From: Nemertoderma westbladi
Taxonomy: Eukaryota; Animalia; Xenacoelomorpha
Direction: 5' to 3'
Length of the DNA stretch: 64,000 nucleotides
Assembly: GCA_032718475.1 (NCBI GenBank)
Contig: JAUCBJ010008109.1
Coordinates: 62,001-126,000 of the forward strand
In this document: positions 51,244-64,000 of the stretch, piece by piece
How the letters are laid out: every line of letters starts with the position of its first letter
How positions within the stretch are numbered: position 1 is the first letter of the stretch
The notes under the pieces: generated by a model
What the model saw: the letters and a program-made list of their open reading frames with translations, nothing else
The model's database searches: none
Told to the model about the DNA's origin: nothing
Position numbers and translations under genes: made by a program

Positions 51244-54200
51244 GTGGGAAGAAATATCTTTTAAAAACATTCAGTAAGGGCGGCGTCGAGTGAGGTGAAT
51301 TCGCCGCCCCTCTAAAGGACGCAGTCTACATACTGGACGCGTAGTTACTGCGAAAACGGTGTTCCCCCCCCATTCGACCTATTTCCAGCCGTACGATTTT
51401 CTCGATTTTTCGAGGGGAGACGCGTAATGCCAAAAAAATAAGATTCTTCAGAGCTTTTAGCGAATCTATCGGTTTGACGGACATTACGGACAATTGTCCG
51501 TCGGCTCCGCTCGAATTCACCATTAGGGTCTATGTAAAAAAAATTAAATCTCGCCTGTACGGACTAGGCGTCGCCCGGAATCTAAAGAGGGTTTAAAAAT
51601 TAGATTTCACATATTTTTGTTTGAAAAATTAAGTCGATCGTTTTCCAGCTAATGTCCGTCAAACTCGAGAAAACGGACAAAATGACTTTGCGGGATCCGC
51701 TATAACTCGGCTAATATTAATCGTACGGAGACGAAAGTAACGAGGGTGGATAGGGAAAGAGTGGTACTACATTCGTATCGAATGGGGGTAAGATATTTAT
51801 AAATATTTCGGGTGGAAAAAGGGGCCTGAACTTTTCCGTTTTTGTCCGTCATTTTTATATGATTAATATTTCCGAAATTTTTAATTCGAAAACGCTAGTA
51901 GGAATCTGCCAATTCTTTTTCGGAAGTCGTAACAGACCACATCGGCTACATTCCTATCGAATGGGGGTACAAAAAATATGTCGGCAAAAGGGTCCAAAAA
52001 GGGCCAGAAACTGATAAAGGATTTATAACTAATAACTTTTTAATTATTGACTCTAGAAGGTTAAGGTACATTTTATACGGTTAATATTGATGCGGGCAAT
52101 CCAAATATTCGATTGGTTTTGCTGCGCAAATGATATAAAAAAAATGAGGGCCAATATTACAATTTTGCGTTTCAAACTCGCTGCGCGGGCACACGTCTAT
52201 CTCGAAAACTACTCAATGTCTGGTAAACGTATTTAAACATTATTATAGAGCGTTAAATTATCTATCTTTCAGCGTTAGTTACAACGCCGTAGCTATTATA
52301 CAACTGGTGCGGCACACGATCGTGTGAAATAAAATATTTATAAAAAGGGGCAAAAAAAATTTTTTTTTTAATAAATCGCTACTCCATTATAATTTAGCGT
52401 ATTGCGCCAAAATTAGATTTAAAATTTAGCAAATTACCTCCGCTATCTTTTTTCTTATCATTTATAATTAAAATTAAGAATTTTAAGGGCCGAAAAATAT
52501 CGCGTAAATTTGGCCCTTTTTTTTCATTTTTTTTGGGGCCAAAAATGACCCCCTCTCAAAAGATAGAAAAAAAAATTACGGCAAAGAATATACCAATTTT
52601 ATTGAATTTGGACCACCAGAACCGAAGTTAGAGCGATTTTAGTGAAAAAATAAAAATATTTTTTTTTTGCAAAAAATTAAGAATGGCCTATATTGGTTTT
52701 CGAACCCGCGAACTTAGGTTTCATTAACGTAATTGATAACCAGTAGACCATGTGACCAAGTGATTTTGAAATTTTCGAATGACTATTTTTAAACATCAAT
52801 AACTTCGGTTCTACTGGGCCGTTTGATCTGAAACTTTTTTCATTGGATAGAGGATAGATTGTAATATGTGAAATAGGATACAACTTGGGAAAAGACGCAT
52901 GTGCACTTAGTGCAAAATGCACTTAAATAGTGCACATTTTTTCGATATTTCAAACACTGTTATTTCCAATTCTATTGATCGTAGAATGTTATTACTAGGG
53001 TTAAAATGTAGTTTGGAGTGATTTCTAACTATAATCTTAACATTTGTTTAACTTTTTATGTCTATAAAGTGACTTAAAATGTCCATGAATATGGTCCAAA
53101 ATCGCAAATGTCGCGATTTATAAAATTTGATTTTTGACACTTTTAGCGACTGACACTTGATCATGCACCATCGTAGATCGGTAGAGAATAGACATAAGTG
53201 TGTTAAATAGGAACCACCTTTAGGATCTGCTCAAGTGCACTTGTGCAAATATGGGTGCAAATGTGCAATTTTTTTTAATAAGGTCAAATGGTGTATTATT
53301 GGGTTCTTTTCGTTGTAGATAATTTATTTTCATATTAATATGTTGTATGGACCTTACTGAGCGCATTAAGAGTATGTGTACAAATAACCGGTCCTTATAA
53401 GGGTTCGATTGTATAAATTAATAATAAATAAGGTTGTAATATTCTAAAAACCAGTGTGATCTTAAATGAACTTTAAACAATAAATAGAGATCAGATAACA
53501 AATGGACCAGACAATTTATTAAAAAACTCGAACCTTTTCGGACTTAATATATTGCTTCAATTTTAATCATCAGTGGATATTTGGGGGAAGTTAGATAAAC
53601 TGCATTTATGCAGTGAATCTAACTTCCCCCTTCATGATATAATATAACAAAGACACACTCTTTGGAGGACCTGTTGTTTACTATGTAGACTTTGTTCAAC
53701 CTAAAAAACTTAAGTCAGATTAACAATATTATCCTGTAAAATTTCTAAGCAAGGACTGGTATGAATAATGCTGATCTTCGAACAATGGTTCTGTAATTAA
53801 ATTTTATTACTTCAAAATTTATACGGATTTACCAGTGAAAGAAACCTAGAATCCATTATCACAATGTAACAGTATCAATAACCATATTTATTCTATGTAG
53901 ATCATAAGAGAGACATCCTTGATTCATATATTATAATTTCCGAGCTGAAATGTTTCAGTGACTATAACTTACAGACTTCGTATTATGTACAAACGACTGA
54001 GTAGTATATATGAATATTAATGGGTTACCAGTATATAGAACGAGTGTAGACTGGGAGCGAAAATATATTACATACAATTTCGAGTAATATAAAATTAACG
54101 AGTCCAGTTCGTCTCCCCTCGTGTCATTCGACGCATACCCCCCCCCCCCCCCCCCCCCTCCACGCTTTTCCCTTTACATCGTAGTCTTTCTTAAAGTATA

Positions 54201-57200
54201 ACTTCATTTTGGGTCCACCTTGGTGGGAAGAAATATCTTTTAAAAACATTCAGTAAGGGCGGCGTTGAGTGAGGTGAATTCGCCGCCCCTCTAAAGGACG
54301 CAGTCTACATACTGGACGCGTAGTTACTGCGAAAACGGTGTTCCCCCCCCATTCGACCTATTTCCAGCCGTACGATTTTCTCGATTTTTCGAGGGGGGAC
54401 GCGTAATGCCAAAAAAATAAGATTCTTCAGAGCTTTTAGCGAATCTATCGTTTTGACGGACATGACGGACAATTGTCTGGTTTTTTTGTCTTTTTTTCAC
54501 TAGGACTCTTAAAAAACCTCTATTTGACGCATCCAGAGACACCGAGAATCGAAAGAGGGGGTCTAAATTAGACGTTTCCACATCTTGGAATACCCCGCCT
54601 CCGGGCTTGTTTTCCGTCTATTGTCCGTCAAAGTTGAAAAAACGGACAAAATGACTTTGCGGGATCCGTAATAACTCGGCTACTATTTATCGTACGGGAA
54701 CGAAAGTAACGCGGTTGCAACGAGGAAGAGTGGTACTACCTTCGTATCGAATGGGGGTAAGATATTTAATAAAATTTCGGGTGGAAAAAAGGGGCCGTAA
54801 ATTTCTACGTTTTTGTCCGTCTTTTTTCGAAATTTTATTTCCGAAATGTTTAATTTGACAACGCGGGTAGGATTCCACTAATTCTTTTTTGAAACTCGTA
54901 GAAGACCATTGGGGCTACGTTCCTATCAAGTGGGGGTACAACAAATATGTCAACAATAGGGGCCAAAGAGGGCAAGAATATGTAAAATAGTTTTTATCGA
55001 ATAATTTTTTATTTTTCACTTTAGTTGGTTAAGGTACATTTTATACAGTCAATATCGATACGGGGAATTCAAATATGCTATCGGTTTTGCTCCGCGGACG
55101 CTATTAAAAAAATGAGGGCCAAAAATAAAATTTCGCCCTTCAAACTTGCTTCGCGGGAAATCGTCTAGCTCGAAAACTACTTAACTTACGGGAGATTTGT
55201 TTACACAGACTTATAGTGCGTTAAATTATCTATCTAACAGCGTTAGTTACAGCGCATTAGCTTTTATACAACTGCTGCGGCAGACGATCGTGTGAAATAA
55301 AATATTTTAAAAAAGGGACGAAAAAATTTTTTTTTTTAATAAATCGCTACTCTATGATAATTTAGCGTATTGCGCCAAAAGTACATTTAAAATTTAGCAA
55401 ATTACCTCAGCTATCTTTTTTCTTAACATTTATAATTAAAATTACGAATTTTAAGGGTCGAAAAATATTACGTAATTTTGGCCCTTTTTTTTCATTTTTT
55501 TTGGGGCCAAAAATGACCCCCTCTCAAAAGGTAGAAAAAAAAATTACGGCAAAGAATATACCAATTTTATTGAATTTGGACCACCAGAACCGAAGTTAGA
55601 GCGATTTTAGTGAAAATATAAAAAAAAAATTTTTTACAAAAAATTAAGAATGGTCAATATTGGATTTCGTACCCGCGAACTTAGGTTTCATTAACGTGAT
55701 TGATAACCACTAGACTATGTGACAAAGTGAATTTGAAATTTTCGAGTGACTATTTTAAACATCAATAACTTCGGTTCTACTGGGCCGTTTGATCTGAATC
55801 TTTTTTCATTGGATAGAGGATAGATTGTAGTGTGTGAAATAGGATACAACTTGGGAAAAGACGCATGTGCATTTAGTGCAAAATGCACTTAAATAGTGGA
55901 CATTTTTTCGATATTTCAAACACTATTATTTCCAGTTCTATTCATCGTAGAATGTTATTACTTGGGTTAAAATGTAGTTTGGAGTGATTTCTAACTATAA
56001 TCTTAACATTTGTTTATCTTTTTATGTCTATAAAGTGACTTAAAATGTCCATGAATATGGTCCAAAATCGCAAATGTCGCGATTTATTAAATTGGATTTT
56101 TGACACTTTTAGCGACTGACACTTGATCATGCACCATCGTAGATCGGTAGAGAATAAACATAAGTGTGTTAAATCTGAACCACCTTTAGGATCCGCTAAA
56201 GTGCACTTGTGCAAATATGTGTGCAAATGTGCAATTTTTTTTAATATGGTCAAATGGTGTATTATTGGGTTCTTTTCGTTGCAGATAATTTATTTTCATA
56301 TTAATATGTTGTATGGACCTTACTGAGCGCATTAGGAGTATGTGTACAAATAACCGGTCCTGATAAGGGTTCAATTGTATAAATTAATAATAAATAAGGT
56401 TGTAATATTCTAAAAACCAGTGTGATCTTAAATGAACTTTAAACAATAAATAGAGATCAGATAACAAATGGACCACACAATTTATTAAAAAACTCGCACC
56501 TCTTCGGACTTAATATATGGCTTCAATTTTATTCAACAGTAGATATTTGGGGGAAGTTAGATGAACTGCATTTATGCAGTGAATCTAACTTCCCCCTTCA
56601 TGATATAATATACCAAAGACACACTCTTTGGAGGACCTGTTGTTTACTATGTAGACTTTGTTCAACCTAATCAACTTAAGTCAGATTAACAATATTATAC
56701 TGTAAAATTTCTAAGCAATTATAGTGGTATGAATAATGCTGAACTTCGAACTATGGTTCTTTAATTAAATGTTATTACTTCAAAATCTATATAAGGATTT
56801 ACCAGTGAAAGAAACCTAAAATCCATTATCACAATGTAACAGTATCAATAAATATATCTATTATATGTAGATCGTAACAGAGACAGCCTCAATTCACGTA
56901 TTCACGTTTCCGAGCTGAAATGTTTTGGTGACTATAACTTACAGATTTCATATTATGTACAAACGACTGAGTAGTATATATTAATATTAATGGGTCACCG
57001 GTATATAGAACAAGTGAACACTGTGAGCGAACATATATTACATAAAATTTAAAGTAATATAAAATTAACGAGTCCAGTTCGTCTCCCCTCGTGTCAACCG
57101 ACCCATACCCCCATCCTCCCCCCTCCCTCCACGCTTTTCCCTTTACCTCGTGGTCTTTCGTCAAGTATATCTTTATTGAGGGGCCCACCTTGGTGGGAAG

Positions 57201-60200
57201 AAACATTTTTTAAAAACATTCAGTAAGGGCGGCGTTGAGTGAGGTGAATTCGCCGCCCCTCTAAAGGACGCAGTCTACATACTGGACGCGTAGTTACTGC
57301 GAAAACGGTGTTCCCCCCCCATTCGACCTATTTCCAGCCGTACGATTTTCTCGATTCTTCGAGGGGGGACGCGTAATGCCAAAAAAATAAGATTCTTCAG
57401 AGCTTTTAGCGAATCTATCGGTTTGACGGACAGTACGGACGATTGTCCGTTTTCTTCACGCGAATTCACCATTAGGGTCTATGTAAAAAAAATTAAATAT
57501 CGCCCCTACCTGCTAGAGGTCGCCCGGAATCGAAAGAGGGTCTAAAAATTAGATTTCACATATTTTTGTTTTAAAAATTAAGTCGATGGTTTACCGGCTA
57601 ATGTCCGTCAAATTCGAGAAAACGGACAAAATGACTTTGCGGTTTTCACTATAAGTCGGATAATATTAATCGTACGGAGACAAAAGTAACACGTCTGGAT
57701 ATGAGAAGAGTGGTACTACGTTCGTATCGAATGGGGGTAAGATATTTTTTAATATTTCGGGTCGTAAAAGGGGCCGTAACTTTTCCGTTTTTGTCCGTCA
57801 TTTTTATATAATTAATATTTCCAAAATTTTTAATTCGGAAACGCTAGTAGGAATCTGCCAATTCTTTTTCGGAAGGCGTAACAGACCACAGGGGCGACAT
57901 TCCTATCGAATGGGGGTACAAAAAATATGTCGGCAAAAGGGTCCAAAAAGGGCCAGAAAGTGATAAAAGGTTTATAACTAATAACTTTTTTATTTTTGAC
58001 TCTACATGGTTAAGGTACATTTTATACGGTTAATATCGATACGAGGAATTCAAATATTCGATTGGTTTTGCTGCGCAAATGATATAAAAAAAATGAGGGC
58101 CAATATTAAAATTTCGCGTTTCAAACTGGCTGCGCGGGAACACGTCTAGCTCGAAAACTACTCAACGTCTGGGAGACGCATTTAAACATTCTTATAGAGC
58201 GTTAAATTATCTATCTTTCAGCCTTAGTTACAACGCCGTAGCTATTATACTACTGGTGCGGCAGACGATCGTGTGAAATAAAATATTTATAAAAAGGGAC
58301 GAAAAATTTTTTTTTTTTAATAAATCGTTACTCTATTATAATTTAGCGTATTGCGCCAAAAGTACATTTAAAATGTAGAAAATTACCTCCGCTACCTTTT
58401 TTCTTAACATTTATAATTAAAATTATGAATTTTAAGGGCCCAAAAATATCGCGTAATTTTGGCCCTTTTTTTCATTTTTTTTTGGGGCCAAAAATGACCC
58501 CCTCTCAAAAGATAGAAAAAAAAATTACGGCAAAGAATATATCAATTTTATTGAATATAGACCACCAGAACCGAAGTTAGAGCGATTTTAGTGAAAAAAT
58601 AAAAATTTTTTTTTTTGCAAAAAATTAAGAATGGCCAATATTGGATTTCGTACCCACGAACTTAGGTTTCATTAACGTGATTGATAACCACTAGACTATG
58701 TGACCAAGTGAATTTGAAATTTTCGAGTGACTATTTTTAAACATCAATAACTTCGGTTCTACTGGGCCGTTTGATCTGAATCTTTTTTCATTGGATAGAG
58801 GATAGATTGTAGTGTGTGAAATAGGATACAACTTGGGAAAAGACGCATGTGCACTTAGTGCAAAATGCACTTAAATAGTGGACATTTTTTCGATATTTCA
58901 AACACTATTATTTCCAGTTCTATTGATCGTAGAATGTTATAACTTGGGTTAAAATGTAGTTTGGAATGATTTCTAACTATAATCTTAACATTTGTTTATC
59001 TTTTTATGTCTATAAAGTGACTTAAACTGTCCATGAATATGGTCCAAAATCGCAAATGTCGCGATTTATTAAATTGGATTTTTGACACTTTTAGCGACTG
59101 ACACTTGATCATGCACCATCGTAGATCGGTAGAGAATAGACATAAGTGTGTTAAATAGGAACCACCTTTAGGATCCGCTAAAGTGCACTTGTGCAAATAT
59201 GGGTGCAAATGTGCAATTTTTTTTAATAAGGTCAGATGGTGTATTATTGGGTTCTTTTCGTTGCAGATAATTTATTTTCATATTAATATGTTGTATGGAC
59301 CTTACTGAGCGCATTAAGAGTATGTGTACAAATAACCGGTCCTTATAAGGGTTCGATTGTATAAATTAATAATAAATAAGGTTGTAATATTCTAAAAACC
59401 AGTGTGATCTTAAATGAACTTTAAACAATAAATAGAGATCAGATAACAAATGGACCAGACAATTTATTAAAAAACTCGAACCTTTTCGGACTTAATATAT
59501 TGCTTCAATTTTAATCATCAGTGGATATTTGGGGGAAGTTAGATAAACTGCATTTATGCAGTGAATCTAACTTCCCCCTTCATGATATAATATACCAAAG
59601 ACACACTCTTTGGAGGACCTGTTGTTTACTATGTAGACTTTGTTCAACCTAAAAAACTTAAGTCAGATTAACAATATTATCCTGTAAAATTTCTAAGCAA
59701 TGACTGGTATGAATAATGCTGATCTTCGAACAATGGTTCTGTAATTAAATTTTATTACTTCAAAATTTATACAGATTTACCAGTGAAAGAAACCTAGAAT
59801 CCATTATCACAATGTAACAGTATCAATAACCATATTTATTCTATGTAGATCATAAGAGAGACATCCTTGATTCATATATTATAATTTCCGAGCTGAAATG
59901 TTTTAGTGACTATAACTTACAGACTTCGTATTATGTACAAACGACTGAGTAGTATATATTAATATTAATGGGTTACCGGTATATAGAACGAGTGTAGACT
60001 GGGAGCGAAAATATATTACATACAATTTCGAGTAATATAAAATTAACGAGTCCAGTTCGTCTCCCCTCGTGTCATTCAACGCAACCCCCCACCCCCCCCC
60101 CCCCCCCCTCCACGCTTTTCCCTTTACATCGTAGTCTTTCTTTAAGTATAACTTCATTTTGGGTCCACCTTGGTGGGATAAATATTTCTCCATTTGACGC

Positions 60201-62620
60201 AACACCGCCGCGGCCGCTATGAGGGAGGTGAATACCGCGGCCGCTCCTAAAGCCGCAGGCCATCGCTAACTATATAGGTTAACTTGGGATTCTGGGGGAC
60301 TTTTCGATGAAGGAACTGACCAAATTTTTTTATTTTCTCACCAGGGGAGCGGCTCGGAATTCTAAGATATTAGCAACTCTAACATTATTAAATCTAACCC
60401 TTCGACGGACACGGCGGACAAAAAACCGTCATTTTTTCGACAATTTTAAAATTTTTTTGAAAGGCGCTCTACAGTGGCTCGAAAAAACCCTAGGTTATTG
60501 CTTAGCCGACGCCGGGATACGATAGAAGGGATTAATTAGTGAATTCGTTTTTTTTTTCAAAAAAGATTACCACGCCTTTTTTCCGAAAATGTCCGTCAAA
60601 GTTGAAAAAAACGGACAAAATGACTTTGCGGGATCCGCTATAACTCGGCTAATATTAATCGTACGGGGACGAAAGTAACGCGGTTGGAAAGGGGAAGAGT
60701 GGTACTACCTTCGTATCGAATGGGGGTAAGATATTTATTAAAATTTCGGGTGGAAAAAGGGGCTGTAAATATGTACGTTTTTGTCCGTCTTTTTTGGAAA
60801 ACTTATTTCCGAAATGTTTAATTCGACAACGCGGGTAGGAATCCACTAATTCTTTTATGAAACTCGTAGAAGACCATTGGGGCTACGTTCCTATCGAATG
60901 GGGGTACAAAAAATATGTCGGCAATAGGGGCCAAAAAGGGCCAGAATTTGTAAAGTAGTTTTTATCGAATAATTTTTTATTTTTAACTTTAGTTGGTTAA
61001 GGTACATTCTATACAGTCAATATCCATACGGGGAATTCAAATATGCTATCGGTTTTGCTCCAAGGATGATATTAAAAAAATGATGGCCAAAATTATAATT
61101 TCGCGCTTCAAACTTGCTTCGCGGGAAATCGTCTAGCTCGAAAACTACTTAACTTACGGGAGATTTGTTTACACAGACTTATAGTGCGTTAAATTATCTA
61201 TCTAACAGCGTTAATCACAGCGCCGGAGGTATTATAAAACTGGAGCGGCAGGCGATCGTGTGAAATATAATATTTATAAAAAGGGACGAAACATTTTTTT
61301 TTTTAACAAATCGCTATTCCATTATAATTTAGCGTATTGCGCCAAAAGTACCTGTAAAAAGTATCAAATTAACTCCGCTATCTTTTATCTTAACATATAT
61401 AATTAAAATTACGAATTTTAAGGGTCGAAAAATATCGCGTTATTTTGGCCCTTTTTTTTAATTTTTTTGGGGCCAAAAATAACCCCTTCTCAAAAGATTA
61501 AGAAAAAAATTACGGCAAAGAATATACCAATTTTATTGAATTTGGACCACCAGAACCGAAGTTAGAGCGATTTTAGTGAAAAAATTAAAATAATTTTTTT
61601 TGCAAAAAAATTAAGAATGGTCAGGTCAATATTGGATTTCGAACCCGCGAACTTAGGTTTCATTAACGTGATTGATAACCACTAGACTATGTGACCAAGT
61701 GAATTTGAAATTTTCGAGTGACTATTTTTATACATAAATAACTTCGGTTCTACTGGGCCGTTTGATCTGAAACTTTTTTCATTGGATAGAGGATAGATTG
61801 TAGTGTGTGAAATAGGATAAAACTTGGGAAAAGACTTATGTGCACTTTGTGCAAAATGCACTTAAATAGTGAACATTTTTTCGATATTTCAAACACTATT
61901 ATATCCAGTTCTATTCATCGTAGAATGTTATTTTTTGGATTAAAATGTAGTTTGGAATGATTTCTAACTATAATCGTAACATTTGTTTAACTTTTTATGT
62001 CTATAAAGTGACTTAAAATGTCCATGAATATGGTCCAAAATCGCAAATCCAGATTTATTAAATTGGATTTTTGACACTTTTAGCGAATGACACTTGATCA
62101 TACACCATCGTAGATCGGTAGAGGATAAACATAAGTTTGTTAAATAAGAGCCACCATTACGATCTGCTAAAGTGCATTTGTACAAATAAGTGTGCAAAAG
62201 TGCAAATTTTTTAATAAGGTCAAATTATATAGTATTGGGTTATTTTCTTTGCAGATACTTTATTTTCATATTAATATGTTGTTTGAACCTTACTGAGCGC
62301 ATTAGGGGATATGCGTACAAATAACCGGCCCTTATGAGGCTTCGATTGGGTAAATTAATAAAACATAAGGTTGTATAGTATAATATTCTAAAAACCAGTG
62401 TGATATTAAATGCACTTTAAATAATAAATAGAAATCAAATAACAATTGGACCACACAATTAAAAACTCGCACAATTTTGTACTTATTATATCGCTTCAAA
62501 TTAATTCAACAGTGGATATTTGGGGGAAGGGGGAAGTTACAGTGTGCATTCGGGGGAAGTTTGGTGAACTGCATTTATGCAGTGAATCCAAACTTCCCCC
62601 TTTGATATATCATATACTTA
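51240..62620. repeat. Four tandem ~2.98-kb non-coding units (starts 51240, 54219, 57189, 60169); probably a tandemised non-autonomous DNA or rolling-circle element
   Basis: Each unit starts at CTTGGTGGGA; periods 2979, 2970 and 2980 bp. Shared hairpins, a poly-C tract and degenerate ~175-bp internal modules; no transposase ORF seen. The element class is inference only. Confidence 0.9.
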
Positions 62621-63233
62621 AGACATGCTAGGGTGACGGGGAAATATTTGTTACTGTCACACTTTGCTTCCATTTATCCTATCCTTTATTATTACCCCAG
62701 TCAGATAAGAGATAATAAATCAGTAAAAACTAAACTAAACTGTCTTTCATGCAAACAAATTTCTAACTAAAGACGGGTGAATGACCATGACCATGGAAAT
62801 AATTTTAAATATAATTAATTGTATATCAACTATTTGGGGAGGCTTCCAAGTTAAACCCGAAAACAATTATTTTGTTACATAGTAAATAACGTTGTATGTT
62901 CTTCTTCCTCTCATAATAAAATATAAATGGAATATCTCAGATAGCTATGCCCTGTAACATTTCACAACCAAAATATTTAAGTGTGAAAAGTGTAGGCCTA
63001 CCACACTCCGCCCAAACAACCGCAAACGCATAGCAAACAAATTTAACAAAAGGTTACATACATGTTGGGTTCATGACGAGATGAGTGAAAATTGATCGCG
63101 TAATATAAAGTAAAAAATTAAGAGACGGGCTGGCTTTCCTCCACTTTCTTACCCAATGGATATGTTGTTGTAATAATTTAATATTGGGGCAGCTTTCTCT
63201 CGTTAGCGCGATATTACTATTACTATACTATAC

Positions 63234-63293
63234 TAAATACTATTACTATTATTACTAATTAATACTTATTATTATAATTAAATACTGTACTTG
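63234..63293. repeat. 60-bp AT-rich direct repeat, right copy
   Basis: Identical to 51184-51243; itself flanked by GTTAGCGC at 63202-63209 and 63293-63300. Confidence 0.95.
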
Positions 63294-63418
63294 TTAGCGC
63301 ATTTGATAAAAATATGTTCTTTCAATCTCAATTTAGTATATTTTGACTCTTTACAGACTGTTCCGAAATCACATGCAGATAGGCTTTATATTGCTGGTCT
63401 GATACAATGGGCGGAATG

Positions 63419-63533
63419 GCGCTAGTATACCTTCAACGAAGGGCCGCTCACGGAGTTGCGCTAGTATACCTTCAACGAAGGGCCGCTCACGGAGTTGCGC
63501 TAGTATACCTTCAACGAAGGGCCACTCACTGGA
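63419..63533. repeat. 39-bp tandem repeat x3 (GCGCTAGTATACCTTCAACGAAGGGCCGCTCACGGAGTT)
   Basis: Direct reading; small hairpin CCTTC-AAC-GAAGG in each unit. Confidence 0.92.
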
Positions 63534-64000
63534 TTGATTTAAGTTACCCTTTAATCCTTCTTATGTATTGATTTGCTCTATGATTTATTTAGTTCGATAC
63601 GGTATTTGATTATCTATTGTATTTAACTGAGATATGATACCGGGAGGGTATGGCAACGCAGTATAACAAGCAAATGACTGACTAATTAATTATGTAAGGA
63701 CTCGAGTCTAGCACTAGTGTTTCCCTTTAGGAGAAACGTATTGTAACTTGTCTTTATGTCTAATTATATTGATAATGCTACCGTAATCAATTTGTGACAA
63801 CTCTCAATCGTGATATATTTAATAATAAGAGCTTTGCTTATAATAATGGTCTGAGATATCGCTATATATTAATTATTTAGTGAATCAGAGGTAAAGACAA
63901 CACACAAATTTAATGCAATTGTCCAGATTATCACTGATACTTAATTATAGTGACCCACCTGTTGTGGCGCGTGTAAAACTTTCTTGATTCTGTAATATCG

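Noticed and set aside
51326-62631. Short recurring ORFs in the 2.98-kb units
   Set aside because: They recur only because the DNA is repeated; lengths and frames differ between copies and no transposase, helicase or recombinase motif is seen.

Overview
Animal (invertebrate-type) genomic DNA, not prokaryotic. A minus-strand, multi-exon gene encodes a secreted properdin-like protein: signal peptide, properdin-type TB domain, ~57-aa linker and at least four thrombospondin type-1 (TSP1/TSR) repeats. Six phase-1 coding exons can be spliced by eye between 50004 and 39867; two of them are missed by the ORF track. Positions 1-39873 are a ~36-bp satellite of roughly 1,050-1,100 copies. Its monomer is the amplified exon-6/intron-6 junction of this gene (TGTAACT|GTGAGT...), so intron 6 appears to be at least 39.8 kb of tandem copies of its own 5' splice site. 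The other large introns hold minisatellites, nested retroelement fragments (RTE, RTE-X, a hammerhead-bearing Penelope-like insert) and tRNA-derived SINEs. Upstream (51240-~62620) are four tandem ~2.98-kb non-coding units with conserved hairpins, bracketed by a perfect 60-bp direct repeat. The long ORFs in the satellites are periodicity artefacts.
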